Assembly (NCBI GenBank): GCA_020536535.1
Contig: JAHLWZ010000694.1
Coordinates: 1 to 64,000 of the forward strand
Source: Pelomyxa schiedti
Taxonomy: Eukaryota; Protista; Evosea
Direction: 5' to 3'
DNA: 64,000 nt
The notes beneath the pieces were generated by a model that searched no databases, was not told the origin of the DNA, and saw only the letters and a program-made list of their open reading frames with translations. Positions 37,389 through 48,569 of the stretch are shown here, in pieces. Within the stretch, counting starts at the first letter, position 1. Every line of letters begins with the position of its first letter. Made by a program: the position numbers and the translations under genes.

Positions 37389-39914
37389 CTAGTCCTCGTG
37401 GCGGCGTTTGTGCTTTGATGATTCGTGGTCGCGCTTGTGCTTGTGTTTGTGATTGTGATTGTGCTTGTGTTTGTGACTATGCTTGTGCTTATGATGATGA
37501 GGGTGGTGTTTGTGCTTGGGTGTGGTTGATTTGCTTGGTTTGGTTTTCTGGGTGTGTTTCGTCTTGGTTGGGGGAGAGCGGGATGCCGGCTTAGCTTTGT
37601 AACTGCTGTCAGAGGAGAACTCTGATTTGCTGCTGTCACTGTCACCGCCGGGATCAGACGCGCTTGGTGATTTCTTTTTGGGCGTCGTGTCTTTCTTCTT
37701 CCCTGGTTTGGTGGCTTTCCCTTTCTTCGATCGGCATTTGGAGGAAGCTGTGCCAAAGTCAGAGTCTGAGGAAGATTCCGAGGATGACGAGGATGAGGAT
37801 GAGGAGTGACTTGAGGGTTTCTTGATTTTTGAGGATGGGCAGAACAATTCCTCAGGAGGGCAGACAGGTAGCTTGGCTTTGTCTTCGGTACTTATGGCTT
37901 CCATTTTAAAGTCACTCATAAACACAGAGCCAAGAGGGATCCAGTCAAACGCAGTTGTCTTTACATAGTATTCACATGGGCCATCGCATCCTTTGTATTT
38001 CTCATACCATTGAACCAGAACTTCGTCAGAATGGCCTTGCGTGGCTTTGCAATCTGGCAATACAGCTTCGTTGGGTGCTGAGGCAGTTTCTACTTTAATT
38101 GTTGGCTTCGAATCTTCAGTACTAGGTCTAGGTTTTTTTTCTGCTGGGGCAGTGTAGAATCGCACTACAGAAGCAAGCCAATACTTTTCTGCTGAACCTG
38201 GAGCGGGGTGACAAGCTATAGCACCTCCAATGGTTATAGTGCACGTGTGCCTTCTTTTGCGGATGGTAACACTCTGGCTTTGGTCAGTCTTACGCTTTGC
38301 TCCTGGAGAGGTGGAACTGGTCTGTGTTGTTTCAATGGTTTCACATGTGGTTTCACTTGGATTCGTTCCAGTAGGAGGCTTTGTTTCGACTTGATTTGGT
38401 GCAGGAGGCGGGTCTGGGGGAGCGGAAACAGTCTCAACTTCGGGGGAGCCTTGGCTTTCTGAACCAGCATCTTTACTGTCACTGGGGGAATTGACGGCAG
38501 ACTGCGGGGATAAAGCTGCGCTCCCTGATTTTCCCTCTAGGAAAATTCAAAATGTGAGAATTAGTCTGCATGAAAAAATCGTCTTGGTACTTTTGTAATG
38601 AGACTGTATCAGGAAGTGGGCAACAGATGTGAATCCCATAACACTCAATTGGGAGGGAAAAATAGGGCCTAGCATTTTAATCAGTATATTATATTCTAAC
38701 AACTTTTTCAATATTTTGGATGCAATCATTCACCTGTAGGACGCAAGTGGTTTTTATTCCGACAAATACTGCAGTTGCATATATTGCGGCATGGGGGACA
38801 CAACCATTTTGGATCCTGGAGTGCTTCCCACAGATTTTCACCGTACCGGTGCCATAAACAAGCGCCACAGAATTGTCCTCTGGTGCTCTGCCTCTGTTTT
38901 TGAGATTGTGTTACAAGTTACTGCACGCAGTACCGGGGTGCAGGAAGAACAGCGTGTTTTCTTGCAGATAGTTTTTTGCCTGCACTGGTGGCAAGTTGTT
39001 CCTCGGAGATACTTCTTAGACAATAAACCCTAACAAGTTTGGAAGATACCATGTACAGGATCATGTTGTCTGCCTTCTTTCTTAGAATCGTTAAAAGGGA
39101 CAGTAGCTTTTCCCAAGGAAGTCTGGTACGTTTGGGTAAGTACAGTGAAATACGTGGAACGTGGATATAGTACAAGATGCCGGTCTGTGTAACTCTCTGC
39201 AAGACTGTCCCTGGGTATTTCTTCCTTTTCGTCACTATCAGTGTCCTTGCCACTGTAATCACTATCTGAATGTTTGCTTGCTGTGCTTGCTGACCTTAGG
39301 GGATAAGTCCTCATGGGGCCTGATGCACGGCGCTATAAGGGATTGAAAACAAATTCCAGTTAGTGAGTTAAATGGAAAGAAGCAGCCTAATAATAGGGGA
39401 AGGGAGATAGGTGACACAAAAATCAATAAGTAGTTTGTAATCAAAAATAAAAGAAGAAACCCCTTTTTTTGGTTTTTTTTTTCCCCCTAACCTGTGTTCT
39501 TGGTGCTCTCGGTTTTGCCCCGCGCAGTGCTGCAGTTGGCACCAAATTGGCGCCGCCATTTCCAAACAACTCTTTCATCACAGCCCTGTTTCGTTGAATG
39601 TTGGACTCACGGCGCTTGGATATCTCTGCATCACTCACGTCCGAGGACGACGAGGACGAGGCTGATGAGGAGGAGGAGGAGGAGGAGGAAGAAGACGACG
39701 AGGGTGACGATGCTTTTTTGTCGTCATCCGTACTGGTTTCGTCAACGCGTGGTGATTTTGCTTTGGCTTTGACAGGAACTTGTGGGATGACGTCCGTGTG
39801 CTCGCTTGGCGGGATCTCGACGTCAGCGTGTTCCGTTGCAATAGGGCCCACCTCTTCCGCTTTGACACGAACAGTATCGCCCAGTTCTGGCTCCTTTTTG
39901 ACCTTAGTTCCCAT
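37389..39914 (-). CDS. CDCA7: CDCA7-like zf-4CXXC_R1 protein with a C-terminal BAH-like fragment and K/H/S-rich tail
   Basis: [18 protein letters not shown]; YDPVHG...[18 protein letters not shown]; [40 protein letters not shown]...PTG. Confidence 0.82.
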
Positions 39915-40177
39915 CGCCAAGCGCTGGTTATTGCGAAGAAGCAAAAAGGGAAAAAAAAAAACCAAGGCGCCAGATCCTAGTTTCCGCGAAGAAAGCCACC
40001 CGGAGTGGCTTGGCTATGGAACGGAATCGTAGATCTCAAGGGCTGGCCTAATTGGACCGTAGCCACTGGCAGCGCAGAGTGGCAGCACCAGAGAGTGATG
40101 TCCCTCAAAACGAGTTGTGCCTGAACGAAATCGGGTCGTTTCTCGAAAGGGAACAAAAAATAAGCCCGAAGTGGTGA

Positions 40178-43100
40178 ATGTCGTCCCGCAGGAAAAAAGC
40201 AACGAGCCAACCACAGACCAACGCAACGCCCCCGTCCACGCCGTCCCATAATGTTGCCGTGGCACCCGGCTCGCCTTCAGTCGGTTCCACGCCAGGCGGC
40301 TCCCCCGAACATCAGCACCAGCAGCAGCAACAGCAACAGCAACATCAAAATCAAAATACAAACCAAACTCACATGCAACAACAACAGCAACCCAATTCCA
40401 CTGCCAACACAAGCAACACTCTGTTGGGGAGCAATAACAACAGCAACCAATCTCCGAATCTCATGTCGCAACCGTCACCGCAAATGCAACTGCTGCAGGG
40501 GCCTGCGCTGCAGCAACAAAACGCACCGCCGTTATCGCAGGCGATAGTTGCGTCTACGTCAATACCGATGCAATCAATTCCGACAATGTCGTTTGGTTTA
40601 AGCAGCACCCCTACTGAGGGTTCAGATTTGTGGTCGCAGTATATCGGCTATCTTGACCATGAAATTTCTAGTGCTGTGTTGGACCCATCTTCGAGGTTTG
40701 TTTCTATTTGAAAAAAAAAAAAAATTTGGTTTGTTAAATATATCCGGTAGATTATGTGACAGTATTGACTGGGAAACCGGGAAAAAGCGATCAAACTGCC
40801 GCCACAAAGTTTGCTACTTTGCACACAGCTGGGATATGTTGCAGCCACCACGGGCCAGTGTTGATGTGCATGCAAGAGAATATGGTTCTATTCCAATTTC
40901 ATTTTACTTGAAGTTGCAGAATAGAGAACCCAAAATCCGTACTACATTGGCGTACTGTTATCCAACCAAGTGAGCTAACTTCTTGTGCTTTCTCATCTCA
41001 CATAAATAGATATACTGCTCACCTCATAGAGGCAGCTAAAAAAGGAGTAGCACCCACCTATCCTCATAGTAGCGTTTGTAAAATTTGGGCTACACATAGA
41101 GGAAAGTGTCACAAATGGTCCAATTGTGTTTGGGTGCATTTACCATTCGAGCTGATCGACCAATTCCGACATAGTGCAAATTGCTTATTCGGCCGTAATT
41201 GTGTTCTTTTACCCAACTGCAAATATGTACATCCTCCAAATAGCCCTAGTGCTCCTCCAGATGTGCAGTGCTTTGGTGGTAGCGAGCTTGTAACTGTAGT
41301 AGAGACGGATTCAAACAACAATCAGACAAGAAGAGAAGTACCTATGAACACTATAATGAAGACGCTTCACACAGAACAAGCCGTTGTGCGAAAACAGGAG
41401 TTATATCTCTGCCCCAATATGTCATTTTGTGACGACTGGCATAACTGTCTTTATGTTCATATTCACCCAGATAGAAGACGTGAAATATTCGGCTTACCTA
41501 TTCCTCAACCGCTCTCATCTCCAAATGTCTGGAATGTACAAACTAAAACGCAATCTAAACACAACGCACCACCTCTTCAATCACAACCACAATCCCAAGT
41601 CCAGCTTCAATCACAAACTCAGCCTCAAGTACAATCTCAGACTCAAATGCAACTGCAGACTTCACCTCAACTTCAACCCCAGTCACAATCGATTCAGCAG
41701 TATCAACAAATTCCGCTCTTGAATAAAGGTCCTTCACAACCAACCCAACCCCAACCACAGACACAGCCCCAATCCCCAGTTCAACCCCCTCAAACCCCAC
41801 CACAAAATCCAATACAAACTCCCTCTCAAGTTCCACCTCAGATTTCTAATCAAAATCAGGCCCAGTCTCAATTACCACATATGGTTATGTTCATGCAAAC
41901 ACAGCCTCATCTAATTCCACCTCTTTCCCCTCAACATGTGAATAATCTTCACATTGACTCCCAAATGCACAATCACCAACACGTTTCACCAACCTTGCGA
42001 ATGCAACTGACACCCCCCCTTTCCTCTCTTCTACTGGCACCGCAGCTCCACATGCTTCAACAATCCGCTACTTCTTCCTCTCAACAAACTGCAGTGCCAC
42101 TCACAAATCAGCCTTCAAATCATTTACCGCTATCTCAGGCGCAAGCCCCTATATTGATGATGTCAAACCAGCTTCAAATGCAAGGAAGGGTTACTAACCA
42201 AGCAAGACCGTTGGCCCCTCCATCACAGCTCCAGCAGGCCACACAGCAAGTACAATCTCAGTCACAAGCAGGATCCCAATCACAATCCCGTTCGCCCCAA
42301 CTGCAGGCACAGCAGTCACCACGATCACAGCCACAGCAGCCACATATTCAGCTGCAGCATTACCAGCACCCCCAGCAGACTCAATCCTCTTCTAGTCCAC
42401 CACAACCATCTCCACAACTCCCTCAGCCACATTCTCCATCCCCCCCTACTCTGTTTCATCCGATTGCTCAATATCCCACGTCGCATTTAGGGAAACTTGA
42501 ATCACCACCAAACACACCAACATCGCCAAAGCGCACAGATCTTCGAAGCATGCTTAGTCTCCCTGACTGGGAGGGGGAATACAAAGATAACTTCGAAACC
42601 AAAACTGAACTTCTTGAAAGTAAGTTGCTGGTGCCTTTCGTTCCTTCATCCAACCGTTACCGAAGACAGCTTCAAGAAATGGTTAAGGTAAACTCCCACT
42701 ACACAACCAAGACGTTCCTCACCACTATTTAGAGGGGAATCTATTCATCTCTAGGTGCCGAAAATCAACGTATCCTCTGGCATCCTTCTTTTGAAATAGA
42801 GCGGGATGAAAACTTTAAGGTTTATCTTGGTATAAGAGAAGAAGATAGCACAGAGGTTGCATTGAAGGTTGATGATCTTAGAGCAGTATTTGAGAATAAT
42901 ATTTCCCTCTCAGTATTTCCCACCACAACCTGTTGATTATCCCGCTTCTGAACAAATGTTTACCGCGGAAGTGAAGGAGTTCCTGCTCCGGCACTCGCTA
43001 TCTGGTGTTCGACATCACTATTCATTTATTCAAAATACAACTGTTCTCGATGCACCTGGATTCAGAGTCAAAGTTGCTCAAAGAGCCCTTGTTCTGGAAT

Positions 43101-44561
43101 TAATGGAAGGGTCACTTATAGGTCAACCCTTCTTTACAGCCTGTACTCATATTAACTAGATGTTGTTGATATGTGGAAACAAGACAAGTTATTTGGTACA
43201 CCACTTCATTTGCAAAGTGTACGATATATTATTGGCTCTGTATTGACTACGTTACGGGAATTGTGGCAGGAACTTTTTTCCACTCCTAATTATCATTTAT
43301 GCTCGAACAACTACTGCATCCATCGCGATATTAAGTATTGACCTCTTTATATCTCTCGTTCTCACAACCTCAATTTAGGCCCGCAAATATTTTTGTTGAT
43401 GTAAACAGAAAAATTAAGCTGATAGATTTCCGGTCTTCTCGAGTTTCTATGAGTGACTTGGTACTCCTCTACTGTTATCTACCTGTGTAACATGATTGCA
43501 GAACGTTGGAAGAACATCCTCTGTCTCTCCCACGTTGACAAAAATTTATGCAAGTCCGGAATCCATTGATGCTTCGAGTGCATCAAGTGATTTATTCTCT
43601 GTTGGCTTAATATTGTATTACCTCCTCACTGGTGAGGAAGATTGGGGATCTTCTGGGGACGCAGCTACCAAAGAAGATTCCTCTGTACAGAAATTCAGTA
43701 AATTACCTGGATGTTGCATTTCCAAGTGTGTTACGGATTTTTTTTTTTTTTTTAAATACGTTAATACCCCATCTCCAGGTGGCCTCAGAAAGCATATGCC
43801 GCACATCATCTGATTTGTAACCTTGTCCAGAAGATTCCTGACGAGAGGGCGAACTATGCATCTTTGAAAAACCAGGCATTTGGTCATATACTGAGTCATC
43901 CGTTTTTTTGGTCTGATGAGCGGGTTAGTTCTTTTTTCTTCGGTTTTCCCTCCTTTGTTACCTAACCTAACGTTCTTAGTCTTTAGCCTTTCTTGTGCTA
44001 CTGGGAAATTGTAAAACGGACTTCTTTGATACTGCTGTGGCTGTAGTCCTGTATTTTTCCTTCTCTCTTCTTTTTAACTGACTTTTACAACCAAACAAGA
44101 ATCAAAGATGCCAACAGTGAAAACTGGCTTGACGCAATAAAAAATAAAGAGATTCATGCCTATGCACACAAGTGGGCAACACAATCTACAACCAAAGCAA
44201 AAGCTCGGCTATCGCATTCTTCGTCACTTCTCGTTGTCATACGGAAATTATATCAGAATTCTGCACTTTTGGAACAACCACTAGTGCATGTTTTGACATC
44301 GAATTATAACTATTTCCTAATGCAGTTTCCATCTCTTGTGGTAAGCCAGCGTTCTTTCCCTTCCTCCCTCACTCCCACCCGAAAAATCCCAGCCCAGTTC
44401 GTCCCCACTAAATCACAATTCCAACATATTCACAGGTGACCCTATGGGAACACTGCCACAAGAACAGTTTTGGTCCGCACTGCGACAATGTAGTATCTCC
44501 ACTCCTCAACATGCCCTATGCACCATCCTTAGACATTGGTGCGGAGCACGAGTGGTTCTAA
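40178..44561 (+). CDS. RNase L/IRE1-family kinase-KEN protein with four N-terminal CCCH zinc fingers and a Q/P-rich region
   Basis: Four CCCH motifs at ~40755-41465. Kinase: VYLGIREEDSTEVALK, LVLELMEG, CIHRDIK|PANIFV, KLIDFR, YASPE, SDLFSVG. KEN: HILSHPFFWSDER|SLAFLVLLGN...WL...SLLVVIRKLYQN...YFLMQFPSLV|VTLW. Confidence 0.8.
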
Positions 44562-44671
44562 TTTTAAATAACAAAACAAAATTCTGTGGCACTTTTCGTT
44601 TTACCCACTTTGTTGTTCAACAAGTTTTTACATTTAAAAAACAAAAATAAGAAAAAAATTGATTTACGCCG

Positions 44672-47600
44672 ATGCAGCCGGGAGTGGGGGAGGAAACCGA
44701 GGAAGAAGAACATGGGCACCCGCAGCAACAGAACCACGTTGGAGGCCAGATTATGGGAGAGGTTCAGTCGCTCAATGCACTTGTAGAACTCCTCTCGCAC
44801 GTGTTTACAGACGACGCTGCGCTCGCACCTGTAGGGCCGCCCGCAGACGTCACCCCTGGTGGTGGCGACGGCGGCGGCGGCGACCAAGGCATTATGGGAC
44901 TCGACCACGATGACCAGCACCAGCACCAGCACGGCCACGACGTGCCGGGCGGGGACCAACCTGGCAACGAGGAGCACGAGCACGAGCCCCAGGGCGACGA
45001 GGACGAATGGGAGTGGCAGGAGGATTGGTACGACCCCGAGGACTGGGCCGTGACAGTGCACGGCGGCGGCGATGCAGCCGAGCAAGGACATGATGAGGAT
45101 GACGACGAGGAAGAGGAAGTGGAGGAGGAAGTGGAAGAGGAAGAGGAGGAGGAAGTGGAAGAAGAAGAAGAGGAAGAAGAAGTGGAAGAAGAAGTGGAAG
45201 TGGAGGAGGAAGAGGAAGAAGAAGACGGGGAGGAAGAGGAAGACGAGGAGGAAGAGGAAGAGGGTGAGGAGGAGGAGGAGGATGATGATGATGATGACGA
45301 CGACGATGATGACGACGACGACGACGACGATGATGATGATGAAGAGGAAGAAGAAGAAGATGAGGGGGAGGATGGGCTCCAGGGTGGTGATGGTGGTAAT
45401 GAGGCTGTGCAACACAGTGACCAAGGGAGTAGCCACGATGGCAGTGACACTGGTGGCGGTGCTACTGCTACTGCCAATGCTCACGCTAATGAGCACTTGT
45501 TTGATGGACTAGTTGTGGAAGGGGACCCTAACGGGTCTGTCATCAGGTGCTTGTGCAGGCTGAAAAACGTGCCTGACCTGTCTTTGATTACATCACTGCA
45601 TCTGCGATTCACTGTCAGCGTAGAATGTAACCTTTGCCTGCCTTGGTTATTTACCTGGCTGATGGTTTTGTAATTATCAAGGTTTCCTGGACCCAATTGT
45701 CAGTGAAATGATTAACTTAGAGTCACTCTCCATTGTATATGCCAACATTGCGGCCCTGCCAAGGTCAAATTTATAACGAATTGCCCATTTACTCTCTATT
45801 TACTGATAACACAGCCTGATAGCTTTGCAGAAGCTGAGGTTATTGAACTTATCCTGTAAGAACCTTGTTGCCATTTTTTCTTTTTTATTTCTCCTTTGTT
45901 TGACATGGAGCAGCCAACATGTTGCGAAATATCAAAGGAATAAGAAACTTATCATCACTGGAAGTACTCAATCTGGACATGAACCCACTTGTTTCATTGA
46001 CACCAGCACAAGATTTAGGTCCCCATCCTTTTTTTTTCTTTTTTGCTAAGAGATACACAGAAACATTGCCGAAACTGCATACACTTTCTCTTGTTGGTAC
46101 AGGTTTTACAAATCTTTGGTCTCTGGTATGCCTTCGATCCTCAGACACCACATGATAAATCTACAGTTAAGGTGAAAAATCTAAGAAATCTGAAAAACCT
46201 GAAAAATCTTGTTGTAGAAAATAAGACAACAGAGTGGCATCGAGCTATTGCAAGTGCATTCCAGATAACTTCATGGGATCAGTTTGCTCCCCCTGGTTAA
46301 CAATCAATCCATTTAAATTGCATTTCCTTATTTCTTCCAGAGACTCAACAAATACAGTACGACCTTAGCCTTATAGGACAACCCCCTTCCAACAGCAACC
46401 CTTTACAAAACCTTCTTTTCCATCACCCCCCAAGGGATCCTGGAGACAGTGATATTCTCAAAATGCCACTGTTTGCTCGACTTGCACTGTATCACAACCC
46501 AGAAACACCTTTAAGACGAAAACTTGTCAAAATCGCCACCACTCCCGTGTGTTACAACAAGTGCTACAGACACTTTTGCATCCACTTTCTTCCTCAATTA
46601 AACCAACTTGACAGTGTGGCAATAGCAGAGGTAAGGATTCCCTTTATTCGCCTCCCTATTTCACAAACTCTTTTAAGGAGGAAAAAGCTGCCGCTAAGGT
46701 CACTGTGGCACAAAATTTCTTCAAGACCTCCTGTTTAACACTACTACAGTAATACTCTTTTTTCAATATTATTCGTCACCCTCCTCCAGATTACTACAAA
46801 GGAGACAAAATGGAACGGGAGTTCAGTCGTCCTCACAGGCCATTCGGCAAATCATTCCATCTCCAGTTCACGTTTCGACTCCATGTGCGTTGCAGGGGTT
46901 CATTAAGGAATGCTGAAGAATTTGTAGGTTGGCAGAACGAGGCATCAACAGCTTGCATGAATGTATTCAAAGATTCGAAATTAAAGACCATTTCAAGTGT
47001 GGATATGTCTCCAAGGCAATTTGAGTATGTTAAACATCTTGCTTCTCCAACATTCGAAACCTTCTCAAAGATACTCCCCAATAATTCCCCATTTCCTTGT
47101 GTATGGCACTGTGGATGGGGAAATCGTTGTTGTAAATCATCATACGGCAGCTCAGATTGGAAAAATGCCAGAAATGTACTTAGTTCCGGTTAATTCACCT
47201 CACTTTATTAAGGCTCGATGGCCAGATCCTGGCCCTTTCCTGGTTGCATCAGTGGTCAAATAAGCACAGATTCTTAGCTGGCTCAGATCAAGGGACTTTG
47301 TCTTTATATGATATCGATGCCCTCTTTGGTGTGCAGTTGCAGAACAAAACCTGTTAAATAAATCCCCGATTAAGCCGGAAAGACCACATGTGTGAGGAAT
47401 TATCCAGCGTTTGATCACCTCACATCAATTCATAGTAACTGCACGGATGACCTTTTTTTGGCAAGTGAGTTACATTTTAGCCGCATACAATCTCTGAGTG
47501 TACTCTTATAGGTGGTTATAAGACATCAATTTGTCTTTACGATATACAAACAAGCAAGCTGGTCCGGGAGTTTACCGATGTGCATAGAAAGCACATTAAT

Positions 47601-48480
47601 GTCATTAAAGTTAGCAATACCATACATAAAATTCTCTCACGTTTATTCCCTAGTTTTCGGGATCCTCTCCTTTTCTTTTTGCTACAAGGTACTTTTTCTT
47701 AAATGAAAGGGTTCTTACTCCTATAAGCTCATTTGACAAGTCTATTGCCTTGTGGGACTCAAGACAAGCCCCAATTGTGAGGCTCTTTTCTTTTTTCTTT
47801 TTGTTAAAAGCCAAAGGAACCGATTTTTCGAAGATACTCTTCACGTGGCAACGTTATGGTTGTATTCTCCCCTGATGACAAATATTTGCTCAGTTCCGCA
47901 GTAGATAATGTACCCCTTGCGTGCTCATGTAGTTTTCCCTTAATACAGTATAGGAGGTGACCCAGTACTTAACAGAAGATGGACGGCTCCACATGAAGTT
48001 CACTCCCAGCAAACCAACTTTCTGTTAATGTGCACAGATATAACATACAGCAACTTAACAGTGCTAAAAATTTCACTCGAGCGTACTACCTCAAATCCTC
48101 CGACTTCATAATTGGTTTGTCAAGAAGTATCACTAATCTACCCTAACCTCTGACAGTTGGATCATGCAAAGAAAGCTGTGTGAAAGTTCTTTCTTCACAG
48201 ACCGGCACACTTCTGAAGGAAGTTTGCTTCGTTGATGAAACTGAACCACTCTTTCCCTCTCTATGTGTGCCGTTTGGACCCAGTTTCAACCAATCTAACT
48301 ACATCCAGATGTACAGTCACTCAGAGGGGATCCACACAATCCCTTCCACTTTTCATCACTAATCGCCTAGTATGTAAATTCGAGCCCCTATCATTTTCCC
48401 TCACCAGATTCATAGCCAGCCCTCACTCAAGAGGCCACGAATAAGGCAAGTGAGTCTCTATTGATACAGCAATTTCCCAC
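44672..48480 (+). CDS. LRR + WD40 protein, plant DHU1-like (candidate DCAF), with a long acidic tract
   Basis: LRR exons (LQKLRLLNLS, LSSLEVLNLDMNPL, LPKLHTLSL); PVCYNKCYRHFCIHFLPQLNQLD; SPRQFEY, LVYGTVDGEIVVVNH, DHLTSIHSN, DVHRKHINVIK, SSFDKSIALWDSR, GNVMVVFSPDDKYLLSSAVDN, DGRLH, NFTRAYY. 3' end approximate. Confidence 0.75.
45090..45372 (+). repeat. GAR/GAY trinucleotide tract encoding ~90 Glu/Asp-rich residues
   Basis: Runs of gaggaa/gatgac inside ORF 44672-45673. Confidence 0.9.
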
Positions 48481-48569
48481 CCAATTTGGTGTAGTGGGTT
48501 TGTGCATAGTGCAATTTAGTTGTGTGCAAAATGTGAAAAAAAAACCTCTTCCAGTATAATTTATTTCTT

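Noticed and set aside
44564-45496. Long hydrophobic and poly-Ser minus-strand ORFs
   Set aside because: Antisense shadows of the Glu/Asp trinucleotide tract.
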